Source of the DNA: Pyramidobacter piscolens
GTDB taxonomy: Bacteria; Synergistota; Synergistia; Synergistales; Dethiosulfovibrionaceae
Direction of reading: 5' to 3'
Assembly: GCA_004558205.1 (NCBI GenBank)
Contig: SFDM01000029.1
Location: forward strand, 18,784 to 82,783
Length of the DNA stretch: 64,000 nt
The notes below the pieces were generated by a model. That model ran no database searches and was not told the origin of the DNA. It worked only from the letters and a program-made list of their open reading frames with translations. The position numbers and the translations under genes are program-made. Numbering within the stretch: position 1 is the stretch's first letter; each line of letters starts with the position of its first letter. Shown here piece after piece: positions 18,734 to 30,310 of this stretch.

Positions 18734-20251
18734 TTGAAGCCCGTAACAGCCGCTGCTCATAAAACGCTGTCTAGCCTGGGATACCTTCTGGAACGCCTTG
18801 GAATTTCCTCGGCAGAATTGGCGCGAGAACTGCACATTGACGCAAGTCTAGTAAGTAAATGGAAGAGCGGAGCCCGTCCGCTCAGCCGGCGTTCTCCATA
18901 TTTTCACAAGGTTGTGCAGTTTTTCTGCGCTTTTAAAAGAGAGAATAGCGGCGATCTTTTGCTTTCAGCTCTTCAGGAAATAGCTCCTCTCACCCCCTTT
19001 TCAGATAAGAGACAGCAAGCAAGATTGTTGGAAAAGATTCTCGAAGAGGATCGCGCCTATTTATCTGAAAGGCTGAAGAATGGTCGCGCAAAGAGCCATG
19101 TCGAAGTGGCGCTTTACGATAAAAACCAGGGCCGGCGCGATGCCATGACGGAGCTTCTGGACATCGCCGAGACCATGGACAAGCCCGGCACCCTGATCTT
19201 CGTTGAGGCGGAACAGTTTTCATGGCTTCTCGAGGATAGTGAATACTGCTCTGAGTGGTGCCGCAGAGTTTATGAGCTGCTTGAAAAAGGTTTTGCAGCC
19301 ACAGTAGCCCTTCATTTTACGCTTCATAAGGACGTTTTCTCCCAATTTTTCGTGAAGTGCAGTCCCCTTCTCTTTCACAGAAACATTGAATGGTACTGCC
19401 ATGAATTTTATGATGAAGACGTATACTGGTTCTCCTTCGCCATCCTGGAACATTCCATGTCGATCATGGGGATGTCCATGGCGGCTCATCAATGCACTTC
19501 CGCGGTCTTCACCGACAGCTATTCCGTTCAGCAGCACAAAAACGTCGCTTCTATGGTCATTCGCAGCTGCCGCAAAATTTTCAGGAACTTCTCGGCGATA
19601 GAAGTCCAGGATTTTCTTAAACTTTTTGAGCGATGGACTCCTGTAGGAGACGTCATTTACTCCTTTTTACCAGTGCCTGCTATGATTTGTGCAAGAAAAG
19701 AACTGCTGCTTGAAATACTTCAAAGTAATAAAGTGGATGACGTTGTTCTCACTCGGTGCATGGAATTGAATGCGGCTTTAAGGAAAATGCTTGCCAATCA
19801 TATACAAAGCGGCAACGTCACAGCCTTCTGGGAGATCTTTCAGATTGAGGAGATGGATCGGCGAATCAGCGAGCCTTTTATCAGCTGCAGTTTAAGCCTC
19901 CTGGGAGCCGAAAAGATTATCGTCAGCAGAAAGCAGTATGCTCAGGCGCTTCTCGACGTGATAACACAGATGAAGAGCCATCCCTGGTTCAAAGTCGCTC
20001 TGGTTTCAGAAAAGACCCAGCTGCTTCCAAAGCTGAACTGCTGGTGCATGAGATCCTGCTGGACTGTACAGATGGATGAGCAGGGGCTTCGCTTCTGTGA
20101 TGAAGCGACGTTCTCCTCCGCCGCATCAGCGGCTTTAGAGATCTCTTTGCGGAAAATTCCTGCGGAGTATAAAGATAAAAATAGCGTAATAGCAATGCTG
20201 GCAAAGATGATCCATCGGCTTGAATGCGATCTGCCCGTAAAGCATCTCTAA
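18734..20251 (+). CDS. Large XRE/HTH-domain protein with uncharacterised C-terminal region (putative regulator)
   Basis: N-terminal HTH GISSAELARELHIDASLVSKWKSGAR. TTG start at 18734 behind AGGAG (the ORF is open from 18617). Confidence 0.75.
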   Translation: MKPVTAAAHKTLSSLGYLLERLGISSAELARELHIDASLVSKWKSGARPLSRRSPYFHKVVQFFCAFKRENSGDLLLSALQEIAPLTPFSDKRQQARLLEKILEEDRAYLSERLKNGRAKSHVEVALYDKNQGRRDAMTELLDIAETMDKPGTLIFVEAEQFSWLLEDSEYCSEWCRRVYELLEKGFAATVALHFTLHKDVFSQFFVKCSPLLFHRNIEWYCHEFYDEDVYWFSFAILEHSMSIMGMSMAAHQCTSAVFTDSYSVQQHKNVASMVIRSCRKIFRNFSAIEVQDFLKLFERWTPVGDVIYSFLPVPAMICARKELLLEILQSNKVDDVVLTRCMELNAALRKMLANHIQSGNVTAFWEIFQIEEMDRRISEPFISCSLSLLGAEKIIVSRKQYAQALLDVITQMKSHPWFKVALVSEKTQLLPKLNCWCMRSCWTVQMDEQGLRFCDEATFSSAASAALEISLRKIPAEYKDKNSVIAMLAKMIHRLECDLPVKHL

Positions 20252-20515
20252 AGAGAGTCTTGTTTTATCCCTCTTTTCGAAACGCTACTTAAATCTCATA
20301 TTCCCCAAAAGCGCTTTATGCTATTTTTCGGCCGAGCGTTTCAATGGATTTTCTGAGCCGCATCAAAGATACCCAATTGCTTAGGTTGCTCTTTTACAGG
20401 ATATTCGACGTTCCAATTGCGAATCAGTGTTACTTTGCGCTCCTTGAGTGACCTCAGCGCCTTTCCTATTCCAATCTTTTGACTCGGCTTTTCATACTAA
20501 TTATCAATAGAACAG

Positions 20516-20593
20516 CTGAACTTAACGTCCGGGGCCGGCCCGAGGGGCCATGCAGTCGCTAAAGACTATCTCGGCCTGTTCGGCCTGCCTATA
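20516..20593 (-). repeat. Dispersed structured repeat family B, truncated copy
   Basis: 78 bp exactly identical to the reverse complement of 61275-61352. Confidence 0.9.
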
Positions 20594-20646
20594 TAGTATC
20601 AGAATGAGAAACGACAATTTTCCGAGCGCCTCATTTATTTCTATAT

Positions 20647-20690
20647 AAAAAAACGCCGCACAGTTCCCTTCGGATGTGCGGCGTTTTTTT
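20647..20690 (-). terminator. Intrinsic terminator after ftsB
   Basis: AAAAAAACGCCGCACA...TGTGCGGCGTTTTTTT. Confidence 0.75.
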
Positions 20691-20982
20691 ATTTTTCGCG
20701 ATCCTGGCTGAGGGGGGTCTCGACCCTGTAGATTTCTTCGCCGGGAAGGGCCATGTTCAGCTTTTCCCGCGCGATCCATGCTTGTCCTTCCTCAGTTTTG
20801 AAGAAGTCTACGCGGTCGCGCATCCTCTCGACCTGTTTTTGGGCTTTTTCAAGCTGCGCCAGCTGTTCTTCTCTGAATTTTACCAGCTGATCCTGCCGGC
20901 GAAACTCGTTGTACATGGACGTGATCAACATCGCAAAAGCCACGGTGGCGACGGCCCAGAAGACAACCCAGCGCAGTCTCAC
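20689..20982 (-). CDS. Septum formation initiator (FtsB/DivIC family)
   Basis: One TM segment, a coiled coil, then IAREKLNMALPGEEIY. Confidence 0.85.
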   Translation of the reverse strand: MRLRWVVFWAVATVAFAMLITSMYNEFRRQDQLVKFREEQLAQLEKAQKQVERMRDRVDFFKTEEGQAWIAREKLNMALPGEEIYRVETPLSQDREK

Positions 20983-20984
20983 GG

Positions 20985-22658
20985 CTACATCCTCTCGGGC
21001 GCGTGAATGCCCAGCAGGCGCAGGGCGTTCGCCAGCACGACCCTGGCGGCTTCGACCATCAGGATGTGGGAGCTTTGAAGCGCTCCCGTCTCTTCAAGGA
21101 TTCTGCCGCTGTTGTAATAGGAGTGGAAGTCGCCCGCCAACTCATGGATGTAGGCCACGATCCTGTGAGGCTCCAGGCCCTCGGCGGCGCGCGCCACCTC
21201 TTCGGGGAACTGGGCGATCTTCGCGAAAAGGCGTTTTTCCTCGGCGCCCGCCATCAGCTCGGCGTCGAAGGCGGAGAGGTCAGGCATGGCGATGCCCTTT
21301 TCCCGCATCTTCCTGAGAATGCTGTTGACGCGGGCGTTGGCGTACTGCACGTAGTAGACGGGGTTGTCCGCGGACTCGCGCTTGGCCAGTTCCAGGTCGA
21401 AATCAAGGTGGCTGTCGCTGCGGCGCATCACAAAGTAGTAGCGCGTGGCGTCGACGCCCACTTCGTCCACCACGTCTTTCAGCGTCACGAACTGGCCGGA
21501 ACGGGTCGACATGGCGACCTGCTCGCCGTCGCGCAGCAGGTTGACGAACTGGATCAGCAGGATGCTGAAATCGTCGGGATCGTTGCCCATGGCCTCCACG
21601 GCGGCCTTCATGCGCGGCACGTAGCCGTGATGGTCGGCGCCCCACACGTCGACCACGCGCTTGAATCCGCGGTCAAACTTTTCCTTGTGGTAGGCGATAT
21701 CCGACGCGAAGTAGGTGGGCACGCCGTTGGAACGGAAGAGCACACGGTCCTTGTCGTCGCCGTACTCGGAGGAACGGAACCACACCGCGCCGTCCTGATC
21801 GTAGATGTGTCCGCGCTCTCTGAGAGTCTGGGCCGCCGCGGGGACCAGTCCGCGGTCGTAGAGGGTCTTCTCGGAGAAGAACTTGTCGAAGCGGACGCCG
21901 AAGTTCTCAAGGTCTTTCTGGATGTCCTTCAGGATGCGTCCCGAAGAGTAGGTTTTGAAGAAGGGCAGGCTCTGGTCCAGAGGCTGGTCGAGGAACTCCT
22001 TCCCGTGAGCGTCGATCACTTCCTGGGCGATGTCGTAGATGTAGTGCCCCTTGTAGGAGTCCTCGGGGAAGGGCGCTTTCTCGGGCTGCCCCAAAAGCTC
22101 AAAGTAACGCGACTGGGTCGAGCGCCCCAGGATGTTCATCTGAAGCCCCGCGTCGTTGACGTAGTATTCCTTCTCCACTTCCCAACCCGCGAAGGCCAGG
22201 ATGTTGCCCGTGATGTCGCCGACGGCGGCGCCGCGTCCGTGCCCCACGTGAAGGGGCCCCGTGGGGTTGGCGCTGACGAACTCGACCTGGGCTTTGCGTC
22301 CCTGGCCCAGGTTCACGCGCCCGTAGTTTTCGCCCGCGGAGAGGACGGCCTTCAGGAGGTCGCCCATCCAGAGGTTGGAGAGGTAGAAGTTGATGAACCC
22401 GGGACCGGCCACTTCGACCTTTTTAACGTGCTTGTCCTGGCCGATGCGGCGCACAATTTCGTCGGCCAGCTCGCGAGGTTTGCAGCCCAGGAGCTTACAG
22501 TTCTGCATTGCCGCGTTGGTCGCCCAGTCGCCGTGATCCTCCTGCTTGGGACGTTCGAAATGGACCTCCGGGATTGGCGCGTCCACGCCCTTTTCCTTTG
22601 CGATTGCCTCCAGTGCTCCCGTTACCAGGGCCTTCAGCGCTGCTGTGTTATCTGCCAT
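20985..22658 (-). CDS. argS: Arginine--tRNA ligase
   Basis: Motifs EFVSANPTGPLHVGHGR, WGADHHGY, MSTRSG and NPVYYVQYANAR. Confidence 0.98.
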   Translation of the reverse strand: MADNTAALKALVTGALEAIAKEKGVDAPIPEVHFERPKQEDHGDWATNAAMQNCKLLGCKPRELADEIVRRIGQDKHVKKVEVAGPGFINFYLSNLWMGDLLKAVLSAGENYGRVNLGQGRKAQVEFVSANPTGPLHVGHGRGAAVGDITGNILAFAGWEVEKEYYVNDAGLQMNILGRSTQSRYFELLGQPEKAPFPEDSYKGHYIYDIAQEVIDAHGKEFLDQPLDQSLPFFKTYSSGRILKDIQKDLENFGVRFDKFFSEKTLYDRGLVPAAAQTLRERGHIYDQDGAVWFRSSEYGDDKDRVLFRSNGVPTYFASDIAYHKEKFDRGFKRVVDVWGADHHGYVPRMKAAVEAMGNDPDDFSILLIQFVNLLRDGEQVAMSTRSGQFVTLKDVVDEVGVDATRYYFVMRRSDSHLDFDLELAKRESADNPVYYVQYANARVNSILRKMREKGIAMPDLSAFDAELMAGAEEKRLFAKIAQFPEEVARAAEGLEPHRIVAYIHELAGDFHSYYNSGRILEETGALQSSHILMVEAARVVLANALRLLGIHAPERM

Positions 22659-22729
22659 GTTTATTCGTGCTCCATTCTATCTGCAAGATCTCTATCCATT
22701 GAAGCAGGCGTTCGTTTTACCGGCGGGCG

Positions 22730-24547
22730 CTACTTCGATTTGCTTCTTACCGGCATCAGGGCCAGATTGGAATTCCTCCAGTACCCCCAGGCGGCGAGGA
22801 CCCGTTTAAAGCCTTCGATAAACTCGGCTTCAACCTTGGTGCCGCTCACGAGCAGCTTCTCTTCGCCTTCGAGTATGTTCCTGCGCGAGTTGATGCGGTA
22901 GGTGCTGGTGTACTCGCTGACGGCGCTGCTCTGGCTCGCCTTCGAAGGAACCGTCAGCGCCCTGTATCCCGAGGGAAGCTGGACGTTGTAGGTCTGCTCG
23001 ATCACGAAGGGGAATTTCAGCGTCGAACGGTCCGTGATCGTGTTCAGCGTGAGCATCGGCTCGGGGTAGATCGAGGGAAGGCCGGCCAGAAGGCCCTGCG
23101 CCCCCTCAATGCCTGACCGCGCGTGAACGGCCAGCACAATCTTGAACCCTTGATCGCCCAAGGGCTTCACTTCCGGCTGCGCCGATTCGTCGATCCAGCC
23201 CCTTAGGCCGGGCAGCAGCGCGTAAAGCTGATCCTTGCGCCCGTCGGAGAGGGATTCGAACATGTCCACCCAGCTGTGGCGTACCCGAAGGTCCAAAGTC
23301 CCGTCCACCATGCCGTCGGGAGCGATCGAGAGCTTCCAGGCGATGCTGAGGCGGTTCTTCGTGAGGCGGGTGGCGTCGATGCTCCTCTTCTGGAGCTTGC
23401 CGTTGTCGCCGTTGTACAGAGTCTTGCCGCGCAGCGTGACGGGAATGCGCTCCTCTTCGGTAGCCTGCCCGGGAACGTAGTACCATCCCCTTCCGCCCTG
23501 AGGCTGAACCAGGTAAAGCACGGGGCGGATCAGCGTCGACGCGGCCGCCAGGGATTTTTTGTCCATGGGGATCACGTTCTGGAACCAGACCTGGGCCTTC
23601 CAGCCCTGCTTTTCAAGCCAGCCGGCGATGAGATAGGCTGCTTCCCAGGTGGTCCAGGGGCCTCCCGAGGGGATCATGGAAGCGCTTCTCCAGACGCCGC
23701 GGACGGGAAGGCGTGAATCGCTGCGCCAGAACTTTTCAATGGTCTGCAGCGCCTGTTCCCTGACGCTTCCCGACGTGACCACGTACTTCGCGGGAATGTC
23801 GCCCCACTTCCGCGACGCCAGGTCCCGCATCATGCCCACCGCGGCGTCGGTACCCCTGCGGAGGCTGAAGATCACGTAGGGATCGGAGCTGTCAAGCATG
23901 CCCACAACGCCGCGGTTGGCGGGCTGTTTAAAGTAGAACCAGCCGTACCAGCGGAAATTGGCGTCTTCGCGTTTCGTGGGCTCGCTGTTGGAGCTCGACT
24001 GATACTGCAGTTCCTTATCCTTGGCGAGGCGCACCTGAATGCTGCCTTCCCAAACGGGATATTCGGCGCCGATCCAGGCGATGTCCTCCAGAACGTCCTT
24101 TTCAGGGAAATACTGGCGGAAGCTGAGCACAAAGAGGTAGACGTCGTCCATCCGAGGCACTTCCAGGACGATGCGGCCCTGTTTCTCGGCTTCAGTTTTG
24201 CTGTAGGCCAGGTCCTTCAGCAGCTTCGACGTGCCGGGGTCGAAGATCGCGGCCTGTTCAAGCTCGATCCGGCCGCCGTTGGGCGCGTAGAGCAGATCCG
24301 TAAGCCACTCCAGGCGCGCCGCCGCGTCGCAGAGCACCACTACCGAAGTCTGGCGCACGGCCCTGCCGTCCTTGTCCTGGCTGTAGAGAATGCTGCGCCG
24401 CCAGACCACGGCGTGTTCGCCCTTGTACTCTTCAAGGGGCGGCGAATCCTGAACCAGCTTCGCCACGTCGGCGCTGCTCAGGGGCAGCGCCATGGCCGCG
24501 AAGGGAATACCCAGCACGAGCAGAAGCGCAGTGATCATCCGTCTCAT
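22730..24547 (-). CDS. Exported hypothetical protein (possibly DUF3857/DUF3858-like architecture)
   Basis: N-terminal signal peptide, ~605 aa, C-terminal YNVQLPSGY motif. Family call is tentative; the start could be 24547-24562. Confidence 0.6.
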   Translation of the reverse strand: MRRMITALLLVLGIPFAAMALPLSSADVAKLVQDSPPLEEYKGEHAVVWRRSILYSQDKDGRAVRQTSVVVLCDAAARLEWLTDLLYAPNGGRIELEQAAIFDPGTSKLLKDLAYSKTEAEKQGRIVLEVPRMDDVYLFVLSFRQYFPEKDVLEDIAWIGAEYPVWEGSIQVRLAKDKELQYQSSSNSEPTKREDANFRWYGWFYFKQPANRGVVGMLDSSDPYVIFSLRRGTDAAVGMMRDLASRKWGDIPAKYVVTSGSVREQALQTIEKFWRSDSRLPVRGVWRSASMIPSGGPWTTWEAAYLIAGWLEKQGWKAQVWFQNVIPMDKKSLAAASTLIRPVLYLVQPQGGRGWYYVPGQATEEERIPVTLRGKTLYNGDNGKLQKRSIDATRLTKNRLSIAWKLSIAPDGMVDGTLDLRVRHSWVDMFESLSDGRKDQLYALLPGLRGWIDESAQPEVKPLGDQGFKIVLAVHARSGIEGAQGLLAGLPSIYPEPMLTLNTITDRSTLKFPFVIEQTYNVQLPSGYRALTVPSKASQSSAVSEYTSTYRINSRRNILEGEEKLLVSGTKVEAEFIEGFKRVLAAWGYWRNSNLALMPVRSKSK

Positions 24548-24558
24548 GGGCATACCTC

Positions 24559-27330
<2,772 letters not shown>

Positions 27331-27436
27331 GTATATTCCACCTCTCAAAAATTCCCGACGCAAAAAAACTTCGGGGGATTAGGTATTATTCATCTTCAGG
27401 GAAAAAATCCAAGGGGCCGGTATCACGCCCCGCAAT

Positions 27437-28006
27437 TCAGTCGGAATCGGTAATCAGGTCCCATCCGTTTGAAACGTACACCACGCCGGACCACACCGTC
27501 AGGATCAGGCTGAGATACATGGCGTAAATCGCGAAGGGGATCTTGAAGATCATCATACAGATCGCCACGATCTGGGAGACGGTCTTGATCTTTCCCAGAC
27601 GGGACGCCGCAATGACCTGCCCCTCGGCGGCGGCCACCATGCGCAGCCCGCTGACCACAAAGTCCCGGGCGATGATGATCATCACCATCCAGCCAGGCAG
27701 GCGGTGAAGCTCGACCAGCGCCAGAAGAGCCGCCACGACCAGCACCTTGTCGCTCAAAGGGTCGATGAACTTTCCCAGGTTGGTGATCAGCCCCTTTTTG
27801 CGGGCGATATACCCGTCGGCGGTATCCGTCAGCGCTGCCAGGATGAAGATAATCCCCGCCAGGATATCGCTGTAGGTCAGGTCAAGGCCGAACTGCATGA
27901 AAAAGGCGATGCCCCTGTCGATTTTCGTCGTCAGCAGAAGCATCACAAAGGGAGCCAAAAAGATCCGAGAGAGGCTCAATAGATTCGGTACGTTCAGGGA
28001 ACTCAT
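27437..28006 (-). CDS. pgsA: CDP-diacylglycerol--glycerol-3-phosphate 3-phosphatidyltransferase
   Basis: NVPNLLSLSRI and DTADGYIARK...GKFIDPLSDK. Confidence 0.95.
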   Translation of the reverse strand: MSSLNVPNLLSLSRIFLAPFVMLLLTTKIDRGIAFFMQFGLDLTYSDILAGIIFILAALTDTADGYIARKKGLITNLGKFIDPLSDKVLVVAALLALVELHRLPGWMVMIIIARDFVVSGLRMVAAAEGQVIAASRLGKIKTVSQIVAICMMIFKIPFAIYAMYLSLILTVWSGVVYVSNGWDLITDSD

Positions 28007-28275
28007 CAGAAAACCCTCCTCGTCGAAATCCCAGTTCCAACGGTATTTTTACGCAGGTATAACAAACTTGTTCATTATCTCATAAAAAGGAGCTCCGTGC
28101 ACATGTTTCTAGATTCTTTTTTACTTTTTTCGTCAAAAAAACAGCAGAAACCCTGCAAAAAGCACGCCGGCGTGAAAGGCGGCCCCGCGCTGCGCCGGGG
28201 TGCTTTCGCCCATCATAAGGGCGCGGGCGGGCGGCTCCGTTTTGCAGGAAGATTGCCCAGCCCTCTTTCCCTGTG

Positions 28276-28776
28276 CTACCGGCCGGGGGTTTTGTTTCCT
28301 TCGCCGTTTGGGTCCTCGTGGGCCGCTTTGGCGATCAGCCCGGCGATCTCCTGCTGAAAGCTGGAGAGGTCGGTAAACTCGCGGTAGACCGAAGCGAATC
28401 TCACGTAAGCCACCTTGTTGATCTCTGCCAGTTCCTTCATAACCAGTTCGCCGATGGCCATGCTTGACACCTCGTCGCCGCTTTCGCGCAGGTGCGCCTC
28501 AATGCGGCCCGCCATGTCCTCGATGGTGTCCAGCGACACGGGAAGCCGTTCGCAGGCCCTGGAAATCCCACGGATCAGCTTGCTGCGGTCAAAAGCCTCC
28601 CGGCGGCCGTCCTTTTTCGAAATCCACAGGATCCGCTGCTCCTCCATCCTCTCATAGGTCGTAAAACGGAAAGAACAGATCGGGCATTCGCGGCGCCGGC
28701 GGATCGACCGCCCCTCGTCGGCGGTCCGCGTCTCGATCACGCGCGTATCCAAAGCCCCGCACTGCGGGCATCTCAT
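28276..28776 (-). CDS. nrdR: Transcriptional repressor NrdR
   Basis: Zinc ribbon MRCPQC...RRRRECPIC..RFTTYE, ATP cone, VAYVRFASVYR. Confidence 0.97.
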   Translation of the reverse strand: MRCPQCGALDTRVIETRTADEGRSIRRRRECPICSFRFTTYERMEEQRILWISKKDGRREAFDRSKLIRGISRACERLPVSLDTIEDMAGRIEAHLRESGDEVSSMAIGELVMKELAEINKVAYVRFASVYREFTDLSSFQQEIAGLIAKAAHEDPNGEGNKTPGR

Positions 28777-28810
28777 CAGACATTTCTCCTTTCAACACAT
28801 GCGACATACC

Positions 28811-28941
28811 GGCGTCACTCGCTAAACGTCCCAGCTGCTCGAAGCCTTCCCCGGCCCAATCCTCAAGACAAAGAAGACGTAGGCCTCCGGTTGGGCCGGG
28901 GGAAGGCTTCTTCGCACCTGGAACGTTTATCGAGCGCCGCC
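28811..28941. other. Long imperfect hairpin (~50-bp arms) upstream of nrdR
   Basis: GGCGTCACTCGCTAAACGTCCCAG..GAAGCCTTCCCCGGCCCAATC pairs with GGTTGGGCCGGGGGAAGGCTTC..CTGGAACGTTTATCGAGCGCCGCC. Confidence 0.6.
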
Positions 28942-28982
28942 TCCTTGCGCTGCTGGCGTAAAAGCCGGTTCAAGCGCAGGGG

Positions 28983-29197
28983 CAAAAGATTGAATCGCAA
29001 TGGACGCAAAAATTCGCGAAGGAAAACTTCAAAGATTTTTAGAATCGTAAAACCAGCAAAATTTATAAATTATTATCATATTAATTCGTTTTTCGCTATT
29101 GATTCAGATTTTGTTCTTCCTTTGCGAACCTTTGCACCCTTTCTCTTCAGCTTGTGCGATGAAAATCTTTTGACCTTGATCTTCGTGACGCCGGTAA
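28983..29197 (-). repeat. Repeat family A, copy 2
   Basis: CAAAAGATTGAATCGCA...CTTTGCGAACCTTTGCACCC...TGCGATGAAAATCTTTTGACCTTGA; inverted homologue of 5030-5236. Confidence 0.8.
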
Positions 29198-29205
29198 TTC
29201 AGTAA

Positions 29206-29240
29206 AAAAAGCGGATCCGGAATTCTCCAGACCCGCTTTT
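29206..29240 (-). terminator. Terminator after yqeY
   Basis: AAAAAAAGCGG...CCGCTTTT hairpin. Confidence 0.6.
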
Positions 29241-29246
29241 GTACGA

Positions 29247-29705
29247 CTATTTACCTTGCAGGAGACGCTGTACGGTCTCGCGGACGAGTTTGCCGTCGGC
29301 CTGGCCGTTCAGTTTGGGCATCACGGCGCCCATCACCTTGCCCATGTCCTTGGGAGAGGCCGCACCAAGTTCGGCGACAACGGCCTTCACAACCTCTTCG
29401 ACCTGTCCGGCGGTGAGTTGGACTGGCAGATAGGCTTCCAGAACCTTGTTCTCGTCAAGCTCGGCCTGGGCGCGATCCTTTGCGCCGCCCAATAAATACT
29501 GTTCCGCTGCTTCCTTGCGCTGCTTTACCAGTCTGCGGACGAGCGTAAGCACGTCTTCGTCGGTGATCTCATAGCTGACGCCCTTATCGGCGTGATACTT
29601 CTGCAGTTCGGACTTCAACATGCGATACACCGAAAGGTCGGGCTCGCGGCGTTCTTTCATAGCAGTCTTCAGATCAGCGGACACACGATCTGTCAACGCA
29701 CTCAT
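29247..29705 (-). CDS. GatB/YqeY domain protein
   Basis: DLKTAMK, LEAYLP.QL and KDMGKVMG...ADGK motifs; follows rpsU. Confidence 0.92.
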   Translation of the reverse strand: MSALTDRVSADLKTAMKERREPDLSVYRMLKSELQKYHADKGVSYEITDEDVLTLVRRLVKQRKEAAEQYLLGGAKDRAQAELDENKVLEAYLPVQLTAGQVEEVVKAVVAELGAASPKDMGKVMGAVMPKLNGQADGKLVRETVQRLLQGK

Positions 29706-29710
29706 GAATC

Positions 29711-29890
29711 TTACCCCCTGACCTTTCTGCGAGAGAGTTCCTGCCGTTTGCGCTTCTTCGCCTCGCTGGGTTTCTCGTAGTGTTCCTTCTTACGGGCCTC
29801 GCGAAGGACTCCCGTTCTTGATACATCCCTCTTAAAACGGCGAAGGACATCCTCGATCGTTTCATTCTCTTTTCTAACGACTGTCGTCAA
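29711..29890 (-). CDS. rpsU: 30S ribosomal protein S21 (missed by the ORF track, 59 aa)
   Basis: TTG start behind GGGAGGGA. Translation [59 protein letters not shown]. Confidence 0.97.
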   Translation of the reverse strand: MTTVVRKENETIEDVLRRFKRDVSRTGVLREARKKEHYEKPSEAKKRKRQELSRRKVRG

Positions 29891-29927
29891 AACAATTCCC
29901 TCCCTTCTGCTCCACCTACACCTAAAT

Positions 29928-30266
29928 TTAACCTGGGGGCCACTGGAGGCCTCTCCCCGCTAACAAATGGATGTGAAGGTGGGGGACTGTCTGACCAGCT
30001 GCTTCTCCGCAGTTGACGACGATCCTGTACCCCTGCCCGGACAATCCGAGCTTCACGACCACTGCCCTGACGGACGCCATAAGCTTGCTCCACAGGGCCA
30101 GATCTGCGACGGCATCGACTGAAGCGACGTGCTCTTTCGGTATGACCAGCACATGAACGGGCGCTTGAGGCCTGATGTCTCTAAAGGCCAGGGCGCAGTC
30201 GTCTTCATATACGATATCCGCCGGAAGCTTCCCTGATACGATTGCACAAAATGGACATAATCCCAT
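29928..30266 (-). CDS. Histidine triad (HIT) nucleotide-binding protein
   Basis: [24 protein letters not shown] and [19 protein letters not shown]. Confidence 0.95.
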   Translation of the reverse strand: MGLCPFCAIVSGKLPADIVYEDDCALAFRDIRPQAPVHVLVIPKEHVASVDAVADLALWSKLMASVRAVVVKLGLSGQGYRIVVNCGEAAGQTVPHLHIHLLAGRGLQWPPG

Positions 30267-30310
30267 CGCCGTCACCTCGCATAAGGGACATTTTATCACT
30301 AGCAAAGCCG

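Noticed and set aside
20341..20496. Minus-strand frame ...KALRSLKERKVTLI...KQLGIFDA* faintly like a transposase C-terminus
   Set aside because: No start codon, short, and the similarity is too weak to support without a search.
20516..20593. Repeat B as an integron attC site (ACTTAAC fits RYYYAAC)
   Set aside because: No matching GTTRRRY at the other end, no cassette array and no integrase.
29674..29865. 63-aa ORF in the ORF track
   Set aside because: Wrong frame; the real gene is rpsU at 29711..29890.
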